Counted from the first letter of the stretch, positions 19,301 to 29,126 are shown. The stretch is DNA of 64,000 nucleotides from Candidatus Eiseniibacteriota bacterium (GCA_041946735.1 JBHGAY010000003.1:150951-214950), one strand, 5' to 3'. The notes: generated by a model not told the origin, from the sequence alone. Program-made: numbers and translations.

Positions 19301-22045
19301 TCAAGGGATCCGGCGGAAGCGTACGACGCGCCCGGGCATCGAGACCTCGACTCCCGGTTCCGCCCCGTCGAGGTCGAAGCGCGCCGTCACGCCTTCGGCC
19401 CCCTGAAGCCGGAAGCGGAGGCCCTCCTCCCACAGCAGAGCAGCCGGCGCATCCCCTTCGCGATACACACTCAGAGTGGAATCCGGCGCGAAGCCAACGC
19501 GGAAGGACCATCCGTCCGGCGCCGCGTAGCTCCCGGTGAGCCGGGCGAGAGCCGGCGCGCCCGGACCGGCGGCGGCGCGCGGGGCCGGCCGCACCCGGGG
19601 TGCCGCGAGCCCGGCGGTCGCCTCGGCATGCGCGCCATCCGCATCGGGAAGCCGGAGCGCCTCGGCGTACCAGCGAAGCGCCTCGTCCCGCCGTCCTGCT
19701 GCATCGCACGAATGCCCCAAGCGCAGCGACGCGATCGTGACTGCAGGATCGAGCGCCATCCAGGGGCGGCGCCCCTCGACCGCGTCGCGCCAGCACTCCT
19801 CTGCGGCCGCGAAGTCCCCCTGCGCCTCCAGGCACGCACCTCGTTCGACTCGCTCGCTCGCCGTTTTGCCGGCCGCCGTACGGAACCGATCGAGACGCGC
19901 GAGGGCAGAGTCGATACGCCCCGCCGCGCGCAGGGCCGCGGCGTTTTCGAGCTCGCCCAGATGCCGGCGCTCTTGGGTCCATCTCAAGATCTTCAGGCGT
20001 GGATCGAACACTACCGTGTCGGGCTTCTCCTCCACTCGGATGGAGAACGGCGTCTCTGCCGCGTCCACCCGGACCCGCTCGAAACGCGCCTCGTTGCCGC
20101 GGACGATCGCGATCTCGGCGTCCACCGGGAAGACCGTGCCCGCCTGCTTCACGGCTCCGCGGACGATCCATCCGCCCTTCCCGTCCGTCACCCGCTCCGT
20201 CCGGGCATCCATCGCGAACTCCGGCGCTCCGCTCTGCTCAAACCAGGCGGCGAAAAAGGGGCGAAGATCCTGGCCGCTCGCGTCCTCCCATTTCCTGCGC
20301 AGATCCTCGAGCGAGATCGTCCGGCGCGCGAAGTCGCGCACCGCCGCACGCAGGCCGGCCGTGAACGCCGCCTCGCCGATCCGCTCGCGCAGCATTTCGT
20401 AGACGAACTGTCCCTTCCGGTCGGCCAGGGAATGCAGCGTCATCTGATCCCTCGTCCCCGGCCGCGGCGCGGCGGCGATCGGCAGGTCCAGCTCCGGCCT
20501 CCCCGCGAAGCTCGTGAAGTACTCGCGCGCGGATTGCCGGTAGGCCGGGACGCCGTTGTTCAGGAAGACAAGCGCGGCTTCGTCCCCCTCGATTGCGCGG
20601 ATCGCGCGAACCGCCATCATCTGCGCGAGCCCCTCGGACACGACGGCGCCGGCGCTGCCCACCAGATTGCCCCACCAACTGTGGCCCAGCTCATGCGCGA
20701 GAAGGGGCAGCGGGACCCGGTCGTCCGGCAGCATACCTGTCGGAAAGAGGTTCATTCCCTGCTCGCTCGATCCGCCGAGCGAGCCGACGCGCGTCGCGGG
20801 GATCTCGACGATCGCATAGCCGTCGTAGGGGTACATTTCGTGCGTCTCGCGCTCGACCGCGAGGATCCGCGCGAGCATGGGAAGATAGAGGTCGGCCTTC
20901 GCCTGCCCCCCCTCCAGCAAGTGGACTGCAACCGGCGTCCCTGTGACCTGCTCCTCCCGGTCGAACGTGCGCGCGGCCGCGAAGGAGAAGTCGCTCGGGA
21001 CGGAGACTTTGAACCGCTGCTCCTCGCGAGCGTCGCCGAGCGCCGGCGTCTTGCCCGCAGGCCGGCCACTGCAGGCGACCGTGAGTCCCGCGGGCACCTC
21101 GAAGCGGATCGTCCCGCGCGCCTTCGAACCATCTCCCAAGAGCCGCGGATACCAGTTCGTTACCCAGCTCGCGAAGGAGCCCTCCGGCGAGATAGCGACC
21201 TGCGAGTAGCCGAACTCCTTCGTCTCGTTGAACAAACTTCCCGCGTAACGCACCGTGAACTGGACCGTATCCCCATCCTTGGCCGCCTTCGGCAGGGTCA
21301 CGAAGAGCGCATCGGCGCGCCGCTCGAACGCAAGCTCTTCACCATCCTTCCCCGTGACCTTGGAAACGGCGAGGCCGCGATTCAAGGAAAGGACGGCGAC
21401 GTCGAGATCCGGTTCGAGTGCGCGGAGCTTGATTGCCGCCTCCGCTTCCATCCGTCCCTCTTCCGGAAAGAGGGCCACAGCGAGATCGGTCTTCTCGGCG
21501 CGCGCGACCTCGCGAGTCTCCTTCTCCGCGATGATCCAGACGCGGCAGTCGCGCGAACGCAGGTCGATCCGGCTCCACGCGGGGATCACATGCTCCCTCC
21601 CGTTCTGGCGGTAGAGGACCCATTGCATCACGAGCGCTCGCCAGGGGTTCGGCGGCTTTCCGGTGATCCCGGCCAGCCGGTGCCCGCACTCCAGGCTGTC
21701 CAATGCGAAGAGCCCTTGCAGATCGTCGCGGGTCTTTTGCCTCAGCGACGCGTCCGTATCGTCGTAGAGATCGAGGACGGCGGCGGTGTCCTTCGCCGCC
21801 ATCCCCTCGTCGCGCCGCGTCAAGATCCGTTCGACGATCTCGTGATCGGTCAGCGGAGCGTACCCGTCGGCGGCCCGCGCCTCCTGCGGGCGCACGCCGA
21901 TGAGCGCCGCGGCGCACACCGTCGCGCACGTCGCTGCGACGAGGAGTGCCGGGATCGTGAACCGCGCGAATCTCCGGCCAGCCCTAGCGCGCCCGCCAGC
22001 CGGCCTGCAACCCGATCGTGTCGAGATCCCGAGGATCGAAGACAT
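19301..22045 (-). CDS. Exported M1-family (gluzincin) aminopeptidase-like protein with TPR-like repeats
   Basis: AHELGHSWWG...SEGLA zinc motif; M1 N-domain motifs (VRYAG, NWYP, YPYDGY); DPRLKILR then helical TPR-like repeats. Start codon uncertain (overlaps gntR). Confidence 0.8.
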   Translation of the reverse strand: MSSILGISTRSGCRPAGGRARAGRRFARFTIPALLVAATCATVCAAALIGVRPQEARAADGYAPLTDHEIVERILTRRDEGMAAKDTAAVLDLYDDTDASLRQKTRDDLQGLFALDSLECGHRLAGITGKPPNPWRALVMQWVLYRQNGREHVIPAWSRIDLRSRDCRVWIIAEKETREVARAEKTDLAVALFPEEGRMEAEAAIKLRALEPDLDVAVLSLNRGLAVSKVTGKDGEELAFERRADALFVTLPKAAKDGDTVQFTVRYAGSLFNETKEFGYSQVAISPEGSFASWVTNWYPRLLGDGSKARGTIRFEVPAGLTVACSGRPAGKTPALGDAREEQRFKVSVPSDFSFAAARTFDREEQVTGTPVAVHLLEGGQAKADLYLPMLARILAVERETHEMYPYDGYAIVEIPATRVGSLGGSSEQGMNLFPTGMLPDDRVPLPLLAHELGHSWWGNLVGSAGAVVSEGLAQMMAVRAIRAIEGDEAALVFLNNGVPAYRQSAREYFTSFAGRPELDLPIAAAPRPGTRDQMTLHSLADRKGQFVYEMLRERIGEAAFTAGLRAAVRDFARRTISLEDLRRKWEDASGQDLRPFFAAWFEQSGAPEFAMDARTERVTDGKGGWIVRGAVKQAGTVFPVDAEIAIVRGNEARFERVRVDAAETPFSIRVEEKPDTVVFDPRLKILRWTQERRHLGELENAAALRAAGRIDSALARLDRFRTAAGKTASERVERGACLEAQGDFAAAEECWRDAVEGRRPWMALDPAVTIASLRLGHSCDAAGRRDEALRWYAEALRLPDADGAHAEATAGLAAPRVRPAPRAAAGPGAPALARLTGSYAAPDGWSFRVGFAPDSTLSVYREGDAPAALLWEEGLRFRLQGAEGVTARFDLDGAEPGVEVSMPGRVVRFRRIP

Positions 22046-22943
22046 ACCGCACCTCGTGCACGCGCGGATCTCGCCGCGCCGTTTCGGACAACCTCCCCCA
22101 TTCGCGCGGGGGGAAGAGGATCGAATTTCTGCTTCGCGTTCTCGCGAGCCACGTCTCGGGGCTCTTCACGATCACAGTCCGCAGGCGGAACTCGCTCTCG
22201 GGCAGGATCCGCGAGAGGTCCGCCGCGATGTTCCGCGCCATGGATTCGACGCGGTCACACAGTAGGACGGAGATGCGACCGGCCAGCCCGCGCGCCGCAT
22301 GCCGCAATCGGTCGCGCAGCGCCGGATCGGGGACGATGGCGGCGAAGCGGACTTCCGCCAGCCGCGCGCCGAGGAGCCGCCGCAGGTCGTTGTAGTGGAA
22401 CCAGGTCGCGACGAGGGGACCCTCGGGCGGTGTGGAGGCCGGATCGAGCGGCCAGGGAAGCGCTTTGACGTCCCAATGCGCCTCGAGCTGGGCGGCGAGA
22501 TCCAGGCACTGCGTCCGGCTGCACTCGATGACGTGAAGACGCGGTGTGCCGCCGCGCGGTGGCCGGGTCGCGCGATGCGCCTCGAGGAGCGCGATCAGCT
22601 CTTGCGCGCCGAGACCGTGCTCCTGCCGTGCGCGCAATAGGATTTCCTCGACGAACCTCGCCCGTCCGGGAGTGCCGCGCCGCCCAGGCAGCTCCGCCCC
22701 CGCCTGATCGGGGAGCACGCGGGTCCCGTGCGTCCCTTCTGTCATCACCATCCCGAGCCGCTCGAGCTCGCCGTAGGCGCGTCGGACCGTGTGGAGGTTC
22801 ACGCCCCAGAGGGCCGCCGCCTGGCGAAGCGGAGGCAGGCACACGCCCGCGGCGATCGCGCCGGTCGCGATCCGGTAGCGAATCGCTTCGGAGAGCTGGT
22901 GGTAGAGGGGGATGGGGCTGCGGGGGTCGAGGTTCAGGCGCAT
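21984..22943 (-). CDS. GntR-family transcriptional regulator (YtrA-like wHTH with long C-terminal domain)
   Basis: SPIPLYHQL...LPPLRQAA...VNLHTVRRAYGELE...GT wHTH pattern. Confidence 0.9.
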   Translation of the reverse strand: MRLNLDPRSPIPLYHQLSEAIRYRIATGAIAAGVCLPPLRQAAALWGVNLHTVRRAYGELERLGMVMTEGTHGTRVLPDQAGAELPGRRGTPGRARFVEEILLRARQEHGLGAQELIALLEAHRATRPPRGGTPRLHVIECSRTQCLDLAAQLEAHWDVKALPWPLDPASTPPEGPLVATWFHYNDLRRLLGARLAEVRFAAIVPDPALRDRLRHAARGLAGRISVLLCDRVESMARNIAADLSRILPESEFRLRTVIVKSPETWLARTRSRNSILFPPREWGRLSETARRDPRVHEVRYVFDPRDLDTIGLQAGWRAR

Positions 22944-22949
22944 GCGCGC

Positions 22950-22978
22950 ATGTTATAGAACACTAGAACACGCGTCAA
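22950..22978 (-). promoter_or_regulatory. Sigma-70-like promoter (TTGACG-N17-TAACAT) overlapping a GntR/YtrA-type palindrome
   Basis: Minus strand TTGACG (22978-22973) and TAACAT (22955-22950); palindrome TGTTATAG-aaca-CTAGAACA at 22951-22970; ATG follows the -10 box after 6 nt with no SD. Confidence 0.7.
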
Positions 22979-23273
22979 GCGCGCATCGCGGCGCGGGGTC
23001 GGGCGGGCGAAAGACGCATCTCCCCGCGGCCCGGCGCCGGTGACGGAGACGAGCGGTGCGCGGGGTGGCTCCATGGGCACCTGCCGTGAACATGCGGACT
23101 CCCCGCGCACACCGAGGATCGTTCGCAATTCCCCGCAGTTATCTGCGCAATGCGGCCGGCGGCGCAAGATCGCGCAGTCGGCATCGCCCTCATGCTTGTA
23201 TCGTATGCAGGATTCACGCGCGTCGGTCTCAGGCAAGCGCGGCAGAGAGGTCGCGGAGCTGAAGGAGGCGGTC

Positions 23274-23768
23274 ATGGCATCGAAGAACCTGTCGAAGATC
23301 TATCCGTTTCTCTGGTACGCCACCGAGGCCGAGGAAGCGGCGAGATTCTACGCGTCGATCTTCCCGGACTCCCACGTCGATCGAGTGACGCCGCTGATGG
23401 CTGACACCCCCAGCGGTCCTCCGGGTTCGGTCAAGGTCGTGGACTTCACGCTCTTCGGTCAGCGATTCCAGGCGATGAGCGCTGGACCTCATCATGAGTT
23501 CAACGATGCGATCTCCCTCACGGTGGAGTGCGAGGACCAGGCGGAAATCGATCGGTACTGGGACGCGCTCCTCCAGGGAGGTGGCCAACCGCAAGCGTGC
23601 GGATGGCTGATCGACCGGTTCGGTGTGCGCTGGCAGATCGTCCCAGCGATCATGGGAAAGCTGATGGCCGACGACGACCCGGCGCGCGCGAAGAGGGCGG
23701 CGGAGGCCATGTTGCAGATGATCAAGTTCGACGTGGCGGCGCTCGAGAAGGCCGCGAGGCAGGCATGA
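23274..23768 (+). CDS. VOC/PhnB-like protein (3-demethylubiquinone-9 3-methyltransferase family)
   Basis: AAGGAGG RBS; KIYPFLWY, AEEAARFYAS, QAEIDRYWDAL and CGWLIDRFGVRWQIVP motifs. Confidence 0.92.
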   Translation: MASKNLSKIYPFLWYATEAEEAARFYASIFPDSHVDRVTPLMADTPSGPPGSVKVVDFTLFGQRFQAMSAGPHHEFNDAISLTVECEDQAEIDRYWDALLQGGGQPQACGWLIDRFGVRWQIVPAIMGKLMADDDPARAKRAAEAMLQMIKFDVAALEKAARQA

Positions 23769-23808
23769 TCGCATCGGGATCCGATCCGATGGCCCCTGCT
23801 AGGGCGGC

Positions 23809-24456
23809 ATGAGCCGGCTCCGCTTCGGCATCACGATGTCAGCCGACGGCTACGTCGCCGGCCCTCGCCAGAGCTTGCAGAATCCGCTGGGCGAGGGTGG
23901 CGAGAAGCTTCATGAGTGGGTGGTCGGGCTGCGGACGTTCCTCGCGATCCATGGCAAGGAAGGCGGAGCGACCGGTCCGGACGACGAGGTGGTCGCCGAG
24001 TCCGTCCAGAACATCGGCGCGACGATCATGGGCCGGCAGATGTTCGGCGGGGGCGATGGCCCGTGGGGGAGCGATCCTCCTTGGCGCGGATGGTGGGGCG
24101 ACGACCCGCCGTTCCACCATCCGGTCTTCGTCCTCACGCACCATGAGCGCGAACCGCTGCCGATGAAGGGCGGCACGACCTTCTACTTCGTCACGGACGG
24201 CATTCGCGCGGCGCTCGATATGGCGAGGAAGGCCGCGAAGGGCAGGGACGTGAACCTGGCAGGCGGCGCCGACGCCGCTCAGCAATACCTGCGCGCCGGC
24301 CTGATCGACGAGATGGAGATCCACGTAGTCCCCTTGATGCTGGGGGACGGCGCGCGGCTCTTCGAGAACACGGAGGGCCGCCAGGCCGAGTACGAATGCG
24401 TCCGGGTCCTCGGCTCTCCATCCGTGAGCCACTTCAAGTACCGGCGAAAGCCCTAG
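23809..24456 (+). CDS. Dihydrofolate reductase-like protein (RibD C-terminal domain)
   Basis: MSADGYVAG, IMGRQMF, PVFVLTH and GGA...YLRAGLIDE.....VP.MLGDG.RLF motifs. Confidence 0.92.
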   Translation: MSRLRFGITMSADGYVAGPRQSLQNPLGEGGEKLHEWVVGLRTFLAIHGKEGGATGPDDEVVAESVQNIGATIMGRQMFGGGDGPWGSDPPWRGWWGDDPPFHHPVFVLTHHEREPLPMKGGTTFYFVTDGIRAALDMARKAAKGRDVNLAGGADAAQQYLRAGLIDEMEIHVVPLMLGDGARLFENTEGRQAEYECVRVLGSPSVSHFKYRRKP

Positions 24457-24555
24457 ATCGAAGATGAAGGGCGCGATGCCGGTGACCTGCTTGTCGGAGA
24501 AGCAGACGCTTCCGAGTCGATCTCGAGTCAGGCTCCCCTCTCTCGACTTGTCGAC

Positions 24556-25260
24556 CTATCGGTATTGGGCCCTGATCGCCGACCAGCTTACGATCCGCAC
24601 AGAAGACGGCTCGATGGGATTGGTGACAACCACCTCGAACTGGCCGATGTTGTTGGACCATTCGCAACTGTCCATCGGGCCCAGATAGAGGCGGGTGGCT
24701 CCCTCGGGCACGATGATCTGTTGCTGGACGCCGTTCGATGTCAGGCCGTCGCCGATGAAGAACACCTGCTTCAACAACGGTGACAGCGTCAGGTAGTCGC
24801 GACTCTCTGGTGTGCCAAAATCCAAGCCCTCAGGAGCCGGAGTGTGATCCGGTTGATCGTCATTCAAGAAGACGCCGATGCAGCTCGATATCGGGCCGTT
24901 GAAGGTCGAAATCCCATTGTCCTCCCCATCCTCGTGAGGCGTCACATACCCGCCGTCGGGATGTTCCAGAGGATAATACGGATCTTGTGCCGTCCCGCCC
25001 GTCACGTTGAAGCTCATCGCCACGTCGGCCTCGAGGTGGAGGCCGGCCACCACCTCTGGGGACTCGGACGGCGAAGAATCGCAAAGGATGCCGCCGTAAC
25101 AACAACTCGCGGTGGCCCCGTCAGGCATTCCAGCCAGCCAGGGGTCCGAATGGCCCGGGATCACGACCTCGACTACCTCGGCTCTCACTGGTGTCCAGCC
25201 AGATGCCATCAGCAAAGCGGTGAGGAGAGGAATCGACCACAGGACAGCGCACGGTCTCAT
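24556..25260 (-). CDS. Secreted hypothetical protein with C-terminal SWSxIRxxYR tail
   Basis: AAAGGA RBS; signal peptide; SDPWLAG, LKQVFFIGDG and VPEGATRLYLG domain; ends EPSSVRIVSWSAIRAQYR. Confidence 0.85.
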   Translation of the reverse strand: MRPCAVLWSIPLLTALLMASGWTPVRAEVVEVVIPGHSDPWLAGMPDGATASCCYGGILCDSSPSESPEVVAGLHLEADVAMSFNVTGGTAQDPYYPLEHPDGGYVTPHEDGEDNGISTFNGPISSCIGVFLNDDQPDHTPAPEGLDFGTPESRDYLTLSPLLKQVFFIGDGLTSNGVQQQIIVPEGATRLYLGPMDSCEWSNNIGQFEVVVTNPIEPSSVRIVSWSAIRAQYR

Positions 25261-25618
25261 GACCTGGTCCTTTCTCTGGGAGCCTTCCCCGTACTCGGGA
25301 TTAGGCGGGATCCGTTCTCCGATTCAGTTCGCGTGTACGCTCACCATCGACAAGAGTCGCGCTGAAGAAACGCTGTGGAGTTGCGGCAAAAGCGACCGGG
25401 TTCGTGTTCGGCTTGTCCCGACGCACCTGCGGGTGGTGACTTCCCATCCGAGAACCTGCAGCAGGGTGGACTGGAGCTGCGTGCCACGTCGGCGGTCTGC
25501 CGCATCGAACCTTTGGGTACATCGTGGCATCCTGAGAAAACACCGAACCACATCTGAACTGCCGGCCACAATCCTACGCCCCGCTGGGCTCCCGGATCCA
25601 GGCGGGGAAGAGCTGACG

Positions 25619-26134
25619 TCAGACTCTTTCGCCGTCAAGCCATGCGGCAACCCGCGCCACCGCCACCGGCACCGCACCTGCCACGGCCGGCGTCAACTCC
25701 TCGCGGATCGTCTCGAGATCGACCGCCTCGGCGACGAGGATTGCGATCTCTTCGGGCATCGTGGCGCCCACATGCCGGCCCAGCTCGAGCGCGGTCGCGA
25801 GGTCGATCGAGTGGGATCCACCCAGTGCGCGCCCCGCGGAGGCCTCTTCGACCCTGAGCGGGAACAGAGCGCCCGGGTGGCGCTGCCCAGTCCGGACGAC
25901 ATCTAGGATCAACACACGCCGGCGGCCCTGGATCAGGTCGAGCAGGTGGAAGCCGGCGACCGAGGCCTCCACGATCTCCACCCCAGGGCGCGCGGCAAGG
26001 CCCGCTGCCTCGCAAGCCCGCGCGACGACCGGCCCGAAGCCATCGTCGCTGATCAGGTCGTTACCGAGGCCGAGAACGAGAACCGGGGCGCGGACCGACT
26101 CGGCCCGAGCCCCGGTCGACGATTCCTCCGCCAT
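25619..26134 (-). CDS. Hydrogenase maturation protease (HybD/HycI family)
   Basis: VLVLGLGNDLISDDGFG, ILDVV and SH motifs; immediately downstream of the large subunit. Confidence 0.93.
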   Translation of the reverse strand: MAEESSTGARAESVRAPVLVLGLGNDLISDDGFGPVVARACEAAGLAARPGVEIVEASVAGFHLLDLIQGRRRVLILDVVRTGQRHPGALFPLRVEEASAGRALGGSHSIDLATALELGRHVGATMPEEIAILVAEAVDLETIREELTPAVAGAVPVAVARVAAWLDGERV

Positions 26135-26135
26135 C

Positions 26136-27617
26136 TCAGCAGAACCGCCGGATCGTCTCGCGCACGTCGCCATCCGGCTCATGGATCACGATCTCCATCG
26201 GCATCTTGCCGGCCGCTGCGTGCGTCGCGCATCCGAAGCAGGGATCGTAGGCGCGGAAGGCCATCTCGACCGTGTTCAGCACCTCGTCGGTGACGGCCGT
26301 CCCCTTCTTGATCAATCCGGCGGCCGCCTTCTTGATCGAGAGCGAGATGCCAGCGTTGTTGTTCGTGGTCCCGACGATCAGGTTCGCCTCCTTGATGTAG
26401 CCCTTCTCGTCGGTCTTGTAGTGGTGTGTGAGGATCCCGCGGGGCGCCTCGACGACGCCGACCCCCTCGCCGACGATCGAGGTCGGCGGCGTGTGGATCC
26501 GGTCGCTCGTGATCTCCTCGTCCTGCGCCCGCTGCGCCACGGCCTCGCACGCGAACACCATCTCGACGACCCGCGCCCAGTGGATCGCGAGGGTGGAGTG
26601 CACCGGCTTCGCCCCGCTGCCGTCGCCGGTAAGCGTCTTGTACAGCTTCTCGTACTCCGCCTGGGCGAGCGGCGTCGCCATCCCGCCGCTCACGTTCAGC
26701 CGGCTCATCGGCGTGGCACGATAGACGCCGGAGTCGCGCCCGTCGACCAGGCCCTTCCATCCCACCTTCCTCAGATACGGGTACTTGAGATAGCTGTAGG
26801 GCAGCACCGCCTCGGCGAGGTGGTCGAGGTACTGCTTCGGCTCGTATTCGGCGAAGAGCTTGCCGTCCGGGTCGACGATCCGCACCTTCCCGTCGTAGAA
26901 GGTGACCTTCCCGTTGTCGTCGACCAGGCCGATCGAGTAGGTCTCGTGCCGGAACATGTCGGAGAGGATCAGGTCGACGTACGCTTTGTTGGCGAGGACG
27001 ATCTGCTCGAAGACCCCGATCGTGGTCTTCGCGAACTCGACCATCTCCCGGCCGATCTGGATCAGCTCCTGCTGCTCCTCCTTCGTCACGCGCTTCGCCA
27101 TCCCACCCGGCAGCGCGGTGACCGGGTGGATCGCCTTGCCGCCGATGATCTGCACGACGCGCTGCCCGCGCGCCCGCTGGCGGATCACCTCGGCCCCCAG
27201 CTCGAGACCGACCTTCGCCACGACGCCGAGAATGTTTCGCTGCGCCTTCGGCGCGCCCGGTCCGACGACGAAGTCGGGACCGCCGAGCGCGTAGAAGTGC
27301 GTGGTGTGATCGCCGGCGTAGAAGCCGTTGTACATCAGCTCGCGCAACTTGCGCGCCGCGCTCGGGATCGTCACGCCGTAGACCGCGTCCGCAGCCTTCA
27401 CCGACGCCATGTGGTGCGCTTCGGGGCAGACGCCGCAGATGCGCGTCGTGATCCGCGGCATCTCCTCGACCGGCCGCCCTCGCGCGAACACCTCGAAGCC
27501 GCGCAGCTCGGGGATCTGCAGGTAAGCGTTCGCCAGCTCCCCATCGTCCCCGACGAACAGGTGGATCTTGCCGTGCCCCTCCAGCCGGGTGATCGGATCG
27601 ATCGTGATCTCGCGCAT
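26136..27617 (-). CDS. mvhA: [NiFe]-hydrogenase large subunit, group 3c (MvhA-like)
   Basis: ITRLEGHG; L1 RICGVC; EAPRG; L2 RAYDPCFGCATH followed by a cleavable C-terminal extension. Confidence 0.95.
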   Translation of the reverse strand: MREITIDPITRLEGHGKIHLFVGDDGELANAYLQIPELRGFEVFARGRPVEEMPRITTRICGVCPEAHHMASVKAADAVYGVTIPSAARKLRELMYNGFYAGDHTTHFYALGGPDFVVGPGAPKAQRNILGVVAKVGLELGAEVIRQRARGQRVVQIIGGKAIHPVTALPGGMAKRVTKEEQQELIQIGREMVEFAKTTIGVFEQIVLANKAYVDLILSDMFRHETYSIGLVDDNGKVTFYDGKVRIVDPDGKLFAEYEPKQYLDHLAEAVLPYSYLKYPYLRKVGWKGLVDGRDSGVYRATPMSRLNVSGGMATPLAQAEYEKLYKTLTGDGSGAKPVHSTLAIHWARVVEMVFACEAVAQRAQDEEITSDRIHTPPTSIVGEGVGVVEAPRGILTHHYKTDEKGYIKEANLIVGTTNNNAGISLSIKKAAAGLIKKGTAVTDEVLNTVEMAFRAYDPCFGCATHAAAGKMPMEIVIHEPDGDVRETIRRFC

Positions 27618-27626
27618 GCTTCTGCC

Positions 27627-28598
27627 CTACCCCTGCCGCCGCCGGAGCGTCGAGCCCGGCAGGCTGAAACGGTAGAAGGTTCCCACCATGTCCGGGATCT
27701 CTCCCACGAGCCGTTCGATCTCGTCGGGATCGTCCACTGCGAGCACGCCAGCCAGCGCCGAAGCCATCTTCGCTCCCTGATCCCGCACGTTCGCCGGCAG
27801 CCCATAGCAGCCGCGGCACGGCATGTTCGCCTTCACGCAGTTCGCGCCGCATCCGGCGCGCGTCGCAGGACCGAGACAGACGATTCCCTGCTCCAGCAGG
27901 CAGATCTCCGGGTCGGCGACGACCTCGTGCGGGCGGACGAACTTCGAGATCTTCTTGATGTCCTTCTTGCGCGTGCACTCCTCGCAGAGCGAGCGGGCGT
28001 CGGCGCCGAGCACCGTCCCCTTGGGCGGGAGCGGCTTGCCGTTCTTCAGGATGTCGACGACCGCGTCGACGACGAGCCCGATCTGATGCGGCTGAGGCGG
28101 GCACCCCGGAACGATGTAGTCCACGTCGACCACCTGCGCGAGCGTCCGCACCGTGTTCCACAGGTGCGGGAGGTGCACTTTGCCTTCCGGGACCTCGCAG
28201 GTCGTCTGCGGCCGCACCTTCTCGGCGTTCACCGTCGAGGGGGAGCCGTCGTAGACGTAGTCGAGGATCTGATCGCGGGTCGTCAGGTTCGCGAGCCCCG
28301 GGATGCCGCCGTCCGAGGCGCACGATCCGAACGCGCAGAGGACGACGGACTTCCGTCTCAGGAGCTGCGCGATCTCGTAGTTCTCGGAGTTCCGGATCGC
28401 GCCGTTCCATAGCGTCAGGGTGATCGAGCCGTCCTCCATCGCGCGCACGTCGTCGTACTTGAAGTCGGTTGCGCAGGGCCAGAAGACGATGTCGAAGAAG
28501 TCGGCGATCTCGAGGACCTTCAGCTCGGTGTCGAGGACGGCGATCTCGCAGCCCCCGCACGAAGCGGCCCAGTAGAGGGCGAGTTTCGGCTTGGCCAT
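27627..28598 (-). CDS. mvhG: [NiFe]-hydrogenase small subunit (MvhG-like)
   Basis: ASCGGCE, FGSCA, PGCPP, CLLEQG.VCLGPATRAGC and PCRGCYG motifs. Confidence 0.95.
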   Translation of the reverse strand: MAKPKLALYWAASCGGCEIAVLDTELKVLEIADFFDIVFWPCATDFKYDDVRAMEDGSITLTLWNGAIRNSENYEIAQLLRRKSVVLCAFGSCASDGGIPGLANLTTRDQILDYVYDGSPSTVNAEKVRPQTTCEVPEGKVHLPHLWNTVRTLAQVVDVDYIVPGCPPQPHQIGLVVDAVVDILKNGKPLPPKGTVLGADARSLCEECTRKKDIKKISKFVRPHEVVADPEICLLEQGIVCLGPATRAGCGANCVKANMPCRGCYGLPANVRDQGAKMASALAGVLAVDDPDEIERLVGEIPDMVGTFYRFSLPGSTLRRRQG

Positions 28599-28619
28599 GC
28601 TTGCTTCCCCCTCTCCCTC

Positions 28620-29126
28620 TCAGGCATGCCCGGCTGGCGCATCGGCGCCGCTGTGCTCGAGCTGCTCTTCGGCCGCCACGCGGTCGAACTCGCGATCCTC
28701 GAGCTTCAGAGGCCCCAGCGCCCGGATCTGCTCGGTGAACTCGGAGATCACCTCGGCGAACCGCGTCGCCTCGGAAGCCGAGACCCATTCGAGACGGATT
28801 CGCCGCGGATCGATCCCCATCTGCTCCGCCAGCTTCTTCGCGACCGGCAGCCGCCGCTGGCATTTGTAGTTCCCCTCGACGTAGTGACAGTCGCCCGGAT
28901 GGCAGCCGCAGACGAGCACGCCGTCGGCGCCCCGCGCGAGAACGTCGAACAGGAAGTTCGGATCGACGCGCCCGGAGCACATCACCCGGACGATCCGCAC
29001 GTTCGGCGGATACTTCATTCGCGCCGTCCCGGCGAGATCGGCTCCGGTGTAGCTGCACCAAGTGCAGAGGAAACCGACCAGATTCGGTTCGAAACCATGC
29101 CGTTCGCTCGTCTTCGTCTCGCTCAT
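28620..29126 (-). CDS. mvhD: Hydrogenase iron-sulfur subunit MvhD/FlpD ([2Fe-2S])
   Basis: ATG 29126 with ATGA overlap; FLCTWCSYTGAD, VMCSGRV and GCHPGDCHY motifs. Confidence 0.95.
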   Translation of the reverse strand: MSETKTSERHGFEPNLVGFLCTWCSYTGADLAGTARMKYPPNVRIVRVMCSGRVDPNFLFDVLARGADGVLVCGCHPGDCHYVEGNYKCQRRLPVAKKLAEQMGIDPRRIRLEWVSASEATRFAEVISEFTEQIRALGPLKLEDREFDRVAAEEQLEHSGADAPAGHA

